From positions 20,302 to 84,301 of the forward strand of contig JBGFSC010000029.1 of the NCBI GenBank assembly GCA_041694815.1: a stretch of DNA of 64,000 nt, given 5' to 3'. The notes beneath the pieces were generated by a model. It ran no database searches. It was not told the DNA's origin and saw only the letters and a list, made by a program, of their open reading frames with translations. This document shows, one piece after another, positions 28,110-37,240 of the stretch. This stretch comes from Elusimicrobiota bacterium (lineage in GTDB: Bacteria > Elusimicrobiota > Elusimicrobia > UBA1565 > JACRDR01). Position 1 is the first letter of the stretch. Each line of letters begins with the position of its first letter. The position numbers and the translations under genes are program-made.

Positions 28110-28904
28110 ATGAGTCCGCAAAGCCCTTACGGCTGGTGGCTTCCCCTCAACCTCTCCACCCTGGGCCCGCAGCTCGACCGCGTCTTCTACATCGTCCACG
28201 TGTTCATGCTCGTCCTATTCGTCGGTTGGGCGATATTCTTCGCCTATTGCCTGCTCCGTTTCAGGGAGCGCGGCGGACGGCGCGCGGCATACGCCACCGA
28301 TACCCGCCACCTCAACACCTTCCTCGAGATCGGCGTCATCGCCTTCGAGGTGGTCTTGATCGTTTTCTTCTCGATTCCCCTCTGGGCCACGGCCAAGTAC
28401 AAGACGCCGTCGCCCCAGGAGGCGGTGGAGATCGAGGTCGTGGCCGAGCAGTTCGCCTGGAACATCCGCTACCCCGGCGCCGACGGGACGTTCGGGCGCA
28501 AGGACCCCGGGCTGATGCATAGCGGCAACCCCATAGGCTTGGACCGGAGCGACCCCGCGGCGCAAGACGACATCCTGACGGTCAACGAGCTTTTCGTTCC
28601 CACGGGAAAGCCCGTGCTCATCCATCTGACCTCCAAGGACGTCATCCATTCCTTTTATCTCCCGGTGTTACGCGTCAAGCAGGACGCGATCCCGGGGCAG
28701 AAGGTCGCCGTCTGGTTCCAGGCGACGGATACCGGCGATTTCGAGATTGCCTGCGCCCAGCTTTGCGGGGTCGCCCATTACCGGATGATGGGGGATCTTT
28801 TCATCCGCACGCCAGAGGAGTTCGCCTCATGGCTTAAGCGCAAAGGGGCCGAGCTTAAGGCGGCCGAGAAACAAAAGAGCGCGGCGAAGGCCGCGGATTG
28901 GTGA
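28110..28904 (+). CDS. ctaC: Cytochrome c oxidase subunit II
   Basis: Two TM helices, AEQFAW, DVIHSF, CuA motif CAQLCGVAHYRM. Confidence 0.95.
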   Translation: MSPQSPYGWWLPLNLSTLGPQLDRVFYIVHVFMLVLFVGWAIFFAYCLLRFRERGGRRAAYATDTRHLNTFLEIGVIAFEVVLIVFFSIPLWATAKYKTPSPQEAVEIEVVAEQFAWNIRYPGADGTFGRKDPGLMHSGNPIGLDRSDPAAQDDILTVNELFVPTGKPVLIHLTSKDVIHSFYLPVLRVKQDAIPGQKVAVWFQATDTGDFEIACAQLCGVAHYRMMGDLFIRTPEEFASWLKRKGAELKAAEKQKSAAKAADW

Positions 28905-28905
28905 G

Positions 28906-30696
28906 ATGAGCGACAAGGAAAAGCATCACGTGGCGCAGCAGCACCATCACGGCCCGCAGGGTTTCATCGAGAAGTACGTCTTCTCCCTGGACCATAAGGT
29001 CATCGGCCTGCAGTACATGATCACCTCGCTCGTCTTCCTGCTTTTTGGCTTCTCGCTTATCATGCTGCTGCGCTGGCAGTTGGCCTGGCCGGGCCGCCCG
29101 ATGCCGCTCATCGGCCATCTCCTCAAGAGCTCGATGCCGGGCGGCGTCATGACCCCCGATTTCTACCTGCAGCTGGGGGCGATGCACGGCACGATCATGG
29201 TTTTTTTGGGCGTCGTCCCGCTCGGGGTGGGCGCTTTCGGCAATTACGTCCTCCCCCTGCAGATCGGAGCGCCCGACATGGCCTTTCCGCGCATGAACAT
29301 GATGAGCTACTGGACCTTCCTGGTCGGCGGCCTCGTCATGCTGGGCAGCTTCCTGCTTCCGGAGGGGGCCGCCAACTCCGGATGGACCTCCTACGCCCCC
29401 TTGTCCGTGCAGGCGACGGCGGGACAGACCTTGTGGCTCATCGGCATGGTCTTTTTGATCACCTCCTCTTTGCTCGGCTCGATCAACTTTATCGTCACCA
29501 CGATCCAGATGCGCGCCAAGGGGCTTTCCTTCTTCCGGCTCCCCGTTTTCGTCTGGGCGCAGTTCGTCACCGCCGTGCTGCTGCTTTTGGCCTTCCCACC
29601 GTTGGAGGCCGCGGCCGTGCTGCAGCTTATGGACCGGCTGGCCGGGACCAGCTTCTTTTTGCCTACGGGCCTGGCCGCTTTCGGGCAGCCGATGGCGGTT
29701 TCGGGGGGAGGGCAGCCGCTGCTCTGGCAGCACCTCTTCTGGTTCCTGGCGCATCCCGAGGTGTACGTGCTCGTCCTTCCCGCCATCGGCATCATCGGCG
29801 AGATCATCGCCAACAACACGCGCAAGCCCCTTTTCGGCTACCGCGCCATGGTGGGGTCGATGATATTTTTGGGCGCGATGTCCTTCATCGTATGGGCCCA
29901 CCACATGTTCTTGACCGGGATGGGCCCCGTGATGAACGCCTTCTTCACGACGACCACGATGATCATCTCCATCCCGTCGGTCGTGATCCTGACCACCTAC
30001 CTGATTAGCCTTTGGGGAGGCTCGATCCGCTTCACGACGCCGATGCTCTTCGCGTTGGCCTTCCTGCCGATGTTCGGCATCGGGGGCCTGACCGGCCTGC
30101 CCTTGGGGCTTCCGGCCACCGATATCCACCTGCACGACACCTACTATGTGATCGGGCATTTCCATTACGTCGTCGCGCCCGGGACCATCATGGCCTTGTT
30201 CGCCGGCATCTATTACTGGTTTCCCAAGATGTTCGGGCGGCGGATGGATGACCGGCTGGGGAAGCTTCATTTTTGGACCTCGGCGACCTTCCTCAATGGC
30301 GTCTTTTTCCCCATGCTGCTCTATGGCGTGGCCGGGGTGCAGCGGCGGCTCTACGACCCGACCGGGTACGCCCATGCCGTGCCCGTGCAGCCACTCAACG
30401 TGATCATGACCGTTTCCGCCTACTGCCTGGCCGTGTCCCAGATCCCGTTCATCTATAATTTCTTCAACAGTATTTGGAACGGCGAGAAGGTTTCGCGCAA
30501 CCCCTGGCAGGCCACCACGCTCGAATGGGCCGCCCCCTCGCCGCCGCCGCACGGCAATTTCGACTCCCCGCCTAGGGTATACCGCGGGCCCTATGAGTAC
30601 AGCGTTCCCGGCGTGAAATCCGACTTCGTCCCTCAGTTCTCGGAGGACGGGGGAGAGCCGGAGGAGCCGCGCCGGAAAATGGCGAGCCTGGCATGA
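28906..30696 (+). CDS. ctaD: Cytochrome c oxidase subunit I (A family)
   Basis: DHKVIG, MHGTIM, DMAFPRMN, WFLAHPEVY, WAHHM, HDTYYVIGHFHY, RR. Confidence 0.97.
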   Translation: MSDKEKHHVAQQHHHGPQGFIEKYVFSLDHKVIGLQYMITSLVFLLFGFSLIMLLRWQLAWPGRPMPLIGHLLKSSMPGGVMTPDFYLQLGAMHGTIMVFLGVVPLGVGAFGNYVLPLQIGAPDMAFPRMNMMSYWTFLVGGLVMLGSFLLPEGAANSGWTSYAPLSVQATAGQTLWLIGMVFLITSSLLGSINFIVTTIQMRAKGLSFFRLPVFVWAQFVTAVLLLLAFPPLEAAAVLQLMDRLAGTSFFLPTGLAAFGQPMAVSGGGQPLLWQHLFWFLAHPEVYVLVLPAIGIIGEIIANNTRKPLFGYRAMVGSMIFLGAMSFIVWAHHMFLTGMGPVMNAFFTTTTMIISIPSVVILTTYLISLWGGSIRFTTPMLFALAFLPMFGIGGLTGLPLGLPATDIHLHDTYYVIGHFHYVVAPGTIMALFAGIYYWFPKMFGRRMDDRLGKLHFWTSATFLNGVFFPMLLYGVAGVQRRLYDPTGYAHAVPVQPLNVIMTVSAYCLAVSQIPFIYNFFNSIWNGEKVSRNPWQATTLEWAAPSPPPHGNFDSPPRVYRGPYEYSVPGVKSDFVPQFSEDGGEPEEPRRKMASLA

Positions 30697-31289
30697 GCGC
30701 CGAAGCCGCCCTGACGCACGGCGTCTACGAGCCGGGAGCTCCCGAGGCGACCAACGGCAAGCTCGCCATGTGGCTTTTCTTGGCCTCCGAGATCATGCTC
30801 TTCGGCGCCCTTTTCTCTTCCTATATAATCCTGCGGGACGCCGCGCCGTTCTGGCCGAAGGGCTGGGAAGTGCTCAACGTGCCTTTGGCCACGCTCAACA
30901 CCGTGGTGCTCATCACCTCGAGCATGACGATGGTGCTGGCCTACGCCGCGGCGCAAAAGGGAGATGAACGCCGGCTCAACGGCTTTTTATGGGCGACCTT
31001 CCTTTTGGCCTGCTGCTTCTTGGTGATCAAGGCCTTCGAATACGGGTCCAAGTTCCAGCACCACCATTTCCCGTCAACGAGCGTCTTCTACGCGGTTTAC
31101 TTCACATTGACCGGGCTGCACGGCTTCCACGTGATCGGGGGCATGGCGGTGATGCTTTTTATCCTGCTAGGGGGGCAGAAGGGGATCCCGCGCCCATTGT
31201 TCGTCAGCCGCATCGAGTGTCTCGGGCTCTATTGGCACTTTGTCGACCTGGTCTGGATATTCCTGTTCCCGTCCCTCTACCTTTTATGA
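30693..31289 (+). CDS. ctaE: Cytochrome c oxidase subunit III
   Basis: WLFLASEIMLF, LTGLHGFHV, YWHFVDLVW. Confidence 0.95.
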   Translation: MSAEAALTHGVYEPGAPEATNGKLAMWLFLASEIMLFGALFSSYIILRDAAPFWPKGWEVLNVPLATLNTVVLITSSMTMVLAYAAAQKGDERRLNGFLWATFLLACCFLVIKAFEYGSKFQHHHFPSTSVFYAVYFTLTGLHGFHVIGGMAVMLFILLGGQKGIPRPLFVSRIECLGLYWHFVDLVWIFLFPSLYLL

Positions 31290-31645
31290 GCAAGGACGCG
31301 CACGATCATACGCGGGTCTATCTGGCGGTGTTCGCCGCCCTGCTCGTTTTGACCGTCGTGACCGTCGCCGTCAGCCGGCTCGATTTAACGAGGCCTTGGG
31401 CGATCGGCGTGGGACTGGCGATCGCTTGCCTCAAGGGAGGACTGGTCGCCGCCTACTTCATGCATCTCGTCAGCGAGCGGGTGACGGTGTACTCCATCGT
31501 CGGCCTCGCCGCCGCCGCCTTCATTGCCCTGCTTCTCCTGCCGTGGATCGACATGACTCATCCCGCCGCCCAGAGCACCGAGCCTCCGCCCGCGGCCGTG
31601 GAATCGGCGGGGCGCCACGCCGAAACGGCCGCCCATGTCCCTTAA
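31286..31645 (+). CDS. ctaF: Cytochrome c oxidase subunit IV
   Basis: YLAVFAALLVLTVVTV, IACLKGGLVAAYFMHL; ATGA overlap with subunit III. Confidence 0.88.
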   Translation: MSKDAHDHTRVYLAVFAALLVLTVVTVAVSRLDLTRPWAIGVGLAIACLKGGLVAAYFMHLVSERVTVYSIVGLAAAAFIALLLLPWIDMTHPAAQSTEPPPAAVESAGRHAETAAHVP

Positions 31646-32033
31646 GAGCTTCCATATTTTCTTCATCTTTGTCAGCGCGCTCTTGTGCGCCTGGATGTTG
31701 GGTTGGGCCCTGATGCATCGGAACGACCCCAATGCCCCGCTGATGCTCGTTTGCGGCGCCGCTGGCGGTGGGGCCTTGCTCGCCTACCTGCGCTGGTTCC
31801 TAGGCCAGTTCCGCTCGAGCCGCCTGCTGGCCCTCGGCCTGGCGCTTGGGCTGCTCTCGCTTCCGGGCGCGCCCCTGATGGCCTGCGCCGTCTGCTTCGC
31901 CTCCGAGGAGAAAACCGTATCCGCCTTCAATTGGGGGATCGTCTTTCTGGCGGCCGTGACCTTCCTTACGCTTGGCGGCATCACCGCGATGATGCTGCGT
32001 GCCATTCGGCAAAGGGAAGACGCCTCCGATTGA
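31635..32033 (+). CDS. Small membrane protein in cox operon with CxxC motif
   Basis: MSLKSFHIFFI... hydrophobic segments, ACAVCF; overlaps both neighbours. Confidence 0.65.
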   Translation: MSLKSFHIFFIFVSALLCAWMLGWALMHRNDPNAPLMLVCGAAGGGALLAYLRWFLGQFRSSRLLALGLALGLLSLPGAPLMACAVCFASEEKTVSAFNWGIVFLAAVTFLTLGGITAMMLRAIRQREDASD

Positions 32034-32863
32034 ATAGCCCGGCGTTTCATCGCGCCTGCGTATTCACCGCGACCTGCGGTTTTATCCTGGTCATCGCCGG
32101 GGCGCTCGTTACCTCCACCGGCTCGGCCCTCGCGGTTCCGGATTGGCCCCTGGCCTACGGGCAGGTATTTCCGGAGATGAAGGGCGGCGTGCTTTTCGAG
32201 CATGGCCATCGCTTGATCGCCTCCTTCGTGGGGCTATGCACTCTGGCTCTCGCCGTCTGGGCGCGGTGGGCGGCCTCCCGCGGCGTCGCTCGCTTGGCCG
32301 CGTTCGCGGCGGCGATGGTAATCGTGCAGGGGCTTTTGGGCGGCATCACCGTGCTCTACGAGCTGCCCAAGCCGATCTCCATCACTCATGCCTGCCTCGG
32401 TCAGGGCTTTTTTTGCGTGCTCACGGCCATTGCCTTATGGACCTCGCCCGCCTGGAACTCCTTTTGCGCCGGAGCCCCGCCCCATCCGCAGGCGCTGCGC
32501 CGCCTGCGAGCTTGGAGCCTTTCCGCGTCCGGCGCCGTCTTCCTGCAGCTGGTGTTGGGCGCGGGTTACCGCCATGACGCCCTTCCACTCTGGCCGCATG
32601 TGTTCGGCGCGGCCATGGCCGCGTGGCTGCTATTGTTGGCTTCCTACCGGATACACGCGGATTTCGCCGACCGTCCTTGGCTGCTTCGTTTCTCCAAGCT
32701 CTTGACCGCGCTTCTTTTCCTCCAGTTGGCGCTGGGATTAGGCTCCTACTCCTTCAGGGGGGCCGCCGTCACGGCGGCGCATGTCGCCTGCGGGGCCCTG
32801 CTGCTGGCTGCCTCCGTACTGCTGTCCTGGACCGCCCATCGATGCGCGCAGGCGGCGCCGTGA
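32030..32863 (+). CDS. ctaA: Heme A synthase (COX15/CtaA)
   Basis: GALVTSTGSALAVPDWP, FEHGHR, QGLLGGITV and further conserved His; TTG 32030. Confidence 0.9.
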   Translation: MNSPAFHRACVFTATCGFILVIAGALVTSTGSALAVPDWPLAYGQVFPEMKGGVLFEHGHRLIASFVGLCTLALAVWARWAASRGVARLAAFAAAMVIVQGLLGGITVLYELPKPISITHACLGQGFFCVLTAIALWTSPAWNSFCAGAPPHPQALRRLRAWSLSASGAVFLQLVLGAGYRHDALPLWPHVFGAAMAAWLLLLASYRIHADFADRPWLLRFSKLLTALLFLQLALGLGSYSFRGAAVTAAHVACGALLLAASVLLSWTAHRCAQAAP

Positions 32864-33702
32864 CGAGGCTTTTGGCCTATTTGGAGCTGACGAAGCCCGG
32901 CATCGCCGCGGTGGTCCTCATGACCGCCTCGGCGGGCTATCTCGTGGCCGTGGAAAGCCCCGATTGGGAATTGTTCCGGCTCATGCTGCTTGGCACCGCC
33001 CTTTCTGCGGCCGGAGCCGGCGCGCTCAATATGTTGCTCGAACGCGGGCCGGATTCCCTGATGCTGCGCACGAGGGAGCGGCCGCTCCCTTCGGGGCGCA
33101 TACGGCCCCTGGAGGCCCTACTCTTGGGTTTGTCGTCAGCGGTCGCGGGGGTCCTGGTGTTGGCTAAGATAAATGCTTGGGCCGCTGGCGCCGCCGCTGT
33201 CTGCTTGGCGGTGTATCTGGCGTGTTATACGCCGCTTAAAAGGCGCACGGCCTGGTGCATCATTCCCGGAGCATTGAGCGGCGCCATGCCTCCATTGATC
33301 GGCTGGGCCGCGGCGCATGGCGGGCTAGGGTCGGGCGCGATCCCTTTGTTCTTGATCCTGTTCCTGTGGCAATTCCCGCATATCGTCGGCCTGGGCAGGA
33401 TGTACCAGGACGATTATCAGCGCGCGGGGTTTCGCATGATCCCCTCGGGCCCCGAGGGAGACCCTAACTCCTGGCGCCTCGCCGTCGCCGCGGCGACGTT
33501 GCTTGTTCCCGTCAGCTTGCTGCCTTTTTGGCTGGGCTGGTCAGGGAATCTATACGCTGCGGGCGCCCTGCTGTTGGGGGGCTTGTACGCGGGGGCGTCG
33601 CTTCATTTTGCCCGGCGTCCGGGCCTGCCCGCCGCCAGGCTGCTATTTTTCACTTCGATCGGCTACATGCCTTTGCTGCTCTCGCTGTTGATCATTCGCT
33701 GA
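32860..33702 (+). CDS. ctaB: Protoheme IX farnesyltransferase (heme O synthase)
   Basis: LTKPGI, D..MLRTRERPLPSG, YTPLKR, WQFPH, DYQRAG; GTG 32860. Confidence 0.94.
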   Translation: MTRLLAYLELTKPGIAAVVLMTASAGYLVAVESPDWELFRLMLLGTALSAAGAGALNMLLERGPDSLMLRTRERPLPSGRIRPLEALLLGLSSAVAGVLVLAKINAWAAGAAAVCLAVYLACYTPLKRRTAWCIIPGALSGAMPPLIGWAAAHGGLGSGAIPLFLILFLWQFPHIVGLGRMYQDDYQRAGFRMIPSGPEGDPNSWRLAVAAATLLVPVSLLPFWLGWSGNLYAAGALLLGGLYAGASLHFARRPGLPAARLLFFTSIGYMPLLLSLLIIR

Positions 33703-33732
33703 TAACTGGCTTTCTTTAAATTCACGGTAGGA

Positions 33733-34347
33733 TTAGACGAGAAGTCCTAGTGAAGCCAGCTGCGCCTGCAGTTTCTCGGCGCCTTCATATCGCAGGGCGT
33801 GTATGCCCAGCCGCCGCGCCGCCTCCACGTTTTCCGTCAGGTCGTCGATAAACACGGCCTGATGGGCGCGCACCCGGGCCGCCTTGAGCGCCGCCCGGTA
33901 GATGCCGGGCTCGGGTTTGCGCATCTTGAGTCGGTAAGAGAGCACGGCCCCGTGGGCGTGCCCGGCGAAGCCGTAACGCTTGCGGATATGGTCGAAATGG
34001 AGCCGGTTGGTGTTCGAAAGAAGGAAGACCTTATGCGTCTTGGCCAGGCGACGCAGCAGGGCGGCCGTCGGACGCTCGAGGCGGAAATGGTCGCACCAAA
34101 GCCTCTTGAATTGCCGGTAGTCCCCCTCGTAGCCCAGCTCTTTGCGAAAGATTCGGTGCAACTGCCTGCCGGATATCTCGCCCCGCTCGATCGCCTCCCC
34201 GATGCGCGAGGACCATAGGTAGCGCGCCACGCGCAAGGGATGGCGGCCGACCGCCCAGGAGATCTTGCGCGCGATGTCGGCGGCGTTAAACCGCAGCAGC
34301 ACGTTGCCGATGTCGAAGAACACGGCGCGGATGTCTACCGTGGGCAT
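33733..34347 (-). CDS. HAD family phosphatase (YihX-like)
   Basis: FFDIGNVL, LSNTN, RKPEPGIY, FIDD. Confidence 0.9.
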   Translation of the reverse strand: MPTVDIRAVFFDIGNVLLRFNAADIARKISWAVGRHPLRVARYLWSSRIGEAIERGEISGRQLHRIFRKELGYEGDYRQFKRLWCDHFRLERPTAALLRRLAKTHKVFLLSNTNRLHFDHIRKRYGFAGHAHGAVLSYRLKMRKPEPGIYRAALKAARVRAHQAVFIDDLTENVEAARRLGIHALRYEGAEKLQAQLASLGLLV

Positions 34348-35297
34348 GGCAGGCCGAGCGAGCGCAGCCGGGCGCGAAAATCCTGGGGAAGCGGCGCGGT
34401 GATCGTCAGGGGCGAGCCGGTGGCGGGGTGGCGCAATCGGAGCCGGCGCGCATGCAGCATCTGCCTCTCGGCTCCGAGCGAGGAGGCGTCTTCAGGCGCC
34501 CATGCATGCCGGCAGGCCTTGAGATAGAATTCGCCGCCGCCCGTATAGAGCTTATCTCCCACGACAGGGTGCCCGATCGCGGCGAGATGCACGCGGATCT
34601 GGTGCAGGCGTCCGGTGCGTGGGATCGCGCTCACGAGGCTGTGGTCTCCTGCGGCCGCCAAGCGCCGAAACTCCGTCGCCGCCGAAGCCCCCGCATCGGC
34701 GACCCGCTGGCGGACCTTGATCCCGAGTCCCTCCCTTCCCAAGGGCAGCTCCACGAGCCTTCTCGAAAAGGGGACGCGCCCCAGGACGATGGCGAGGTAC
34801 TGCTTGCGGACCAGGCGGCGGGTGAATTGCTCGGTCAAGTCGCGCGCCGTTCCCGCGTCCTTGGCCAGGAGCAGGACGCCGCTTGTCTCGCGGTCGAGCC
34901 GATGGGCCAGGCGCGGCGTCCATGCCGGGTGCTGGGCCTTGAGCACGGAGGTGACGCAATTGCGCAGCACCGTGTCGGTGGGGTGGCTGAGCATCCCCGC
35001 GGGCTTATTGACCGCCAGCAGCCAGGTATCCTCGTAAATGGGCGCCAGGCGCTCCTCGATGGGAGGAGCCTGCTGGCGCTGCGGGTAGCGTATCAGGACG
35101 ACGTCGCCGTGGCGGACACGGTCGGAGGACTCGGCGGTCTTCGAGCGTAGGAAAACCCGTCCCTGCGCGATGATGTCCTGGACCCGGCTGCGCGAATAAC
35201 CGCGGAGCCGGTCGGCGAGGAATCGGTCGAGGCGCAGCCCCGAGCGGGGCTTTTGGACCTCGAATGGAACCTCGACCCATCCGCCCGTCTCGCGCAT
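34335..35297 (-). CDS. RluA/RluD family pseudouridine synthase
   Basis: S4 domain RLDRFL, NKPAG, HRLDRETSG, TGRLHQIRVH, GDKLY. Confidence 0.94.
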   Translation of the reverse strand: MRETGGWVEVPFEVQKPRSGLRLDRFLADRLRGYSRSRVQDIIAQGRVFLRSKTAESSDRVRHGDVVLIRYPQRQQAPPIEERLAPIYEDTWLLAVNKPAGMLSHPTDTVLRNCVTSVLKAQHPAWTPRLAHRLDRETSGVLLLAKDAGTARDLTEQFTRRLVRKQYLAIVLGRVPFSRRLVELPLGREGLGIKVRQRVADAGASAATEFRRLAAAGDHSLVSAIPRTGRLHQIRVHLAAIGHPVVGDKLYTGGGEFYLKACRHAWAPEDASSLGAERQMLHARRLRLRHPATGSPLTITAPLPQDFRARLRSLGLPCPR

Positions 35298-35336
35298 GCT
35301 CGCCCCATTGTATCAAAAGGTGATATACTGGCGCCC
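35298..35336. promoter_or_regulatory. Bidirectional leaderless promoter (39-bp intergenic)
   Basis: Minus TGnTACAAT (35307-35312) 9 nt before ATG 35297; plus TGnTATACT (35324-35329) 7 nt before ATG 35337. Confidence 0.6.
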
Positions 35337-35678
35337 ATGAAAGCGGCCTTTCTCGTCGCGATGGCGGCGGCTTTAAGCGGCTGCGGGCTGCTTTACACTA
35401 ACGTGCGCCTGCCCCGCGCCTACCGCTCGGCCGCTCCCTCGGAGGTCAAGGGTTCCTCGGAGGACCGGATAGTGCACGGGGAGGCCTGCAATCGATCCAT
35501 CCTTTACTTGATCGCCTGGGGAGACGGGGGCTACGCGGCCGCCACGCGCGCCGCCCTCAAGGAAGAGCCGAACGGACTGCTCTACGACGTGAAGGCCGAC
35601 ATTCATGGGACGACGATACTGCTGGGCCTTTATTCCAGGACTTGCACTGTCGTGACCGGCAAGGTGGCCAAGCCGTGA
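35337..35678 (+). CDS. TRL-like family lipoprotein
   Basis: Lipobox LSGC; GEAC.SILYLIAWGDGGY..A, YDVKAD, ILLGLYSRTCTVVTG. Confidence 0.75.
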   Translation: MKAAFLVAMAAALSGCGLLYTNVRLPRAYRSAAPSEVKGSSEDRIVHGEACNRSILYLIAWGDGGYAAATRAALKEEPNGLLYDVKADIHGTTILLGLYSRTCTVVTGKVAKP

Positions 35679-36100
35679 GGGCGGTTCTCGCCGCGGCCCT
35701 CTTGTCGGTGTCGCCCCTTCCCGCGGCGTGGGCGCAGGAGGCGGGGTCCGAGGCTCGCCGAGGGCTCATTTCGGTCAGCGGATTCCTCCTTTTCCGCAAC
35801 GCCCGGGGGCCTCTTTCCTACGTGTCGGAGGCAGCGCCCGCTTTGGGCGCCGAGACCCGCCCCGTTTTCGGCCGCGGCTGCCAGCATGGCCTTTCCATCC
35901 CGATCACCATGGCCGTGCGCGGCCCGCGCATCGCCGCGGCGGCGGGACGCGGGGGCTATGAGATCGCGCTCGCCAAGATACGCGAGGCTCACCCGGGACT
36001 CAAAGGTTTATATGATATGAAGGTGGACGATCACGTGATCTCGGTATTGGGGATCTACCATCGCGTCTGCACGGAGATAAACGCGCGGGGTTTCTCATGA
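35675..36100 (+). CDS. Second TRL-like secreted protein
   Basis: Signal peptide; GRGC, GRGGY..A, LYDMKVD, SVLGIYHRVCTEINARG parallels the upstream paralog. Confidence 0.65.
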   Translation: MRAVLAAALLSVSPLPAAWAQEAGSEARRGLISVSGFLLFRNARGPLSYVSEAAPALGAETRPVFGRGCQHGLSIPITMAVRGPRIAAAAGRGGYEIALAKIREAHPGLKGLYDMKVDDHVISVLGIYHRVCTEINARGFS

Positions 36101-36822
36101 GCCAAGCCCAGGCCAAGGAAGCGCTCGACCTCGAGGAAAAGGGCGGCGTGCGCAACGGGGTTCGCCAATCGCTGGACCGGCGCCTTTTCATGCAGCTGCT
36201 GGCCTTCGGCGAGTGCCAGGACGCGGCGGCCGTGGCGTCGGCCTTGAGTCGAGAGAAATTCAAGGGGGTGCTCTACCTCGACGCCAACGACCCTCGGGGG
36301 ATCGGCCTTTTGAGCTTCGACGAGGACCCGGACCATTTCGTCGGAGGGCTTCGCGAGCTGCTGCGCCGGCCGCCCATGGCCGCCTTGAGGCTCAAGCCCG
36401 AGTTCACGATGTTGGGGCGCAGCTACGCCATCGGCTACGAGCCGGACTTAGAGGATTGGCTCATACGGCGGCCCGCGCGCGTGGTGCTCGACCCCGCCCT
36501 CCCATGGGCGGTCTGGTACCCGCTGCGCCGCACGGGCGCCTTCTCCAAGCTGCCGCATGAGGAGCAGATGCAGGTGCTCAAGGAGCACGGCAATATCGGC
36601 CGTGCCTTCGGGGACGCGGGGCATGCGCAGGACATACGGCTCGCCTGCCACGGCTTGGACGCCAACGACAACGATTTCGTCATCGGGCTCCTAGGCCCGC
36701 GGCTCTACCCCCTTTCCGCCGTCGTGCAGGCCATGCGCAAGACCCGGCAGACTTCCGAGTTCATCGACAAGATGGGACCCTTCTTCGTCGGCAAGGCCTT
36801 GTGGAGAAGCCTCGCTTCTTGA
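36097..36822 (+). CDS. Chlorite dismutase / coproheme decarboxylase (Cld/ChdC) family heme protein
   Basis: WYPLRR, LKEHGNIG (proximal His), GLDANDNDF, GPFFVG. Confidence 0.8.
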   Translation: MSQAQAKEALDLEEKGGVRNGVRQSLDRRLFMQLLAFGECQDAAAVASALSREKFKGVLYLDANDPRGIGLLSFDEDPDHFVGGLRELLRRPPMAALRLKPEFTMLGRSYAIGYEPDLEDWLIRRPARVVLDPALPWAVWYPLRRTGAFSKLPHEEQMQVLKEHGNIGRAFGDAGHAQDIRLACHGLDANDNDFVIGLLGPRLYPLSAVVQAMRKTRQTSEFIDKMGPFFVGKALWRSLAS

Positions 36823-37067
36823 AGCCTTTGGCCGCGCTCGCGCTCTTTTCGGCCTGCCTCGCGGCCGCGGGATACGCGGCCACGGAGGTCAAGAAAAAGA
36901 AGGCCGCCGAGAGCCGCTACCGTTTCAAGATGGAGGGCCCCCGGCAAGTCTATCGCTTCGACGCCTCCGGCCGGCCGGTAGTGCCCGAGACGCCCAAGAA
37001 GAAAAAAAAGCCGCAGAAGAAGCGGCCGGCCACGGAGCCGGCGCCGCCGAGCGATGCCCAACCGTAA
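36801..37067 (+). CDS. Small secreted Lys-rich hypothetical protein
   Basis: Signal peptide; overlaps both neighbours in the operon. Confidence 0.55.
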   Translation: MEKPRFLKPLAALALFSACLAAAGYAATEVKKKKAAESRYRFKMEGPRQVYRFDASGRPVVPETPKKKKKPQKKRPATEPAPPSDAQP

Positions 37068-37236
37068 GCGCGCCTACCGCTGGCTGCTGTTCGTCGCGGC
37101 CCTGCTGTGTTTCTTTTACGTCGTGTTCGTCGATCACGCCTGGCCGGGCGTGATCTGCTTCTTCCTCTTCGGCGGCGCCTGGTACTTCCTCGAACAGCGC
37201 AAGACCCGCGAGCTCGACGCCCCGGCGCCGAAATAG
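37054..37236 (+). CDS. Small 2-TM hypothetical protein
   Basis: 60 aa, two hydrophobic helices, fills the operon gap. Confidence 0.55.
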   Translation: MPNRKRAYRWLLFVAALLCFFYVVFVDHAWPGVICFFLFGGAWYFLEQRKTRELDAPAPK

Positions 37237-37240
37237 CGCG

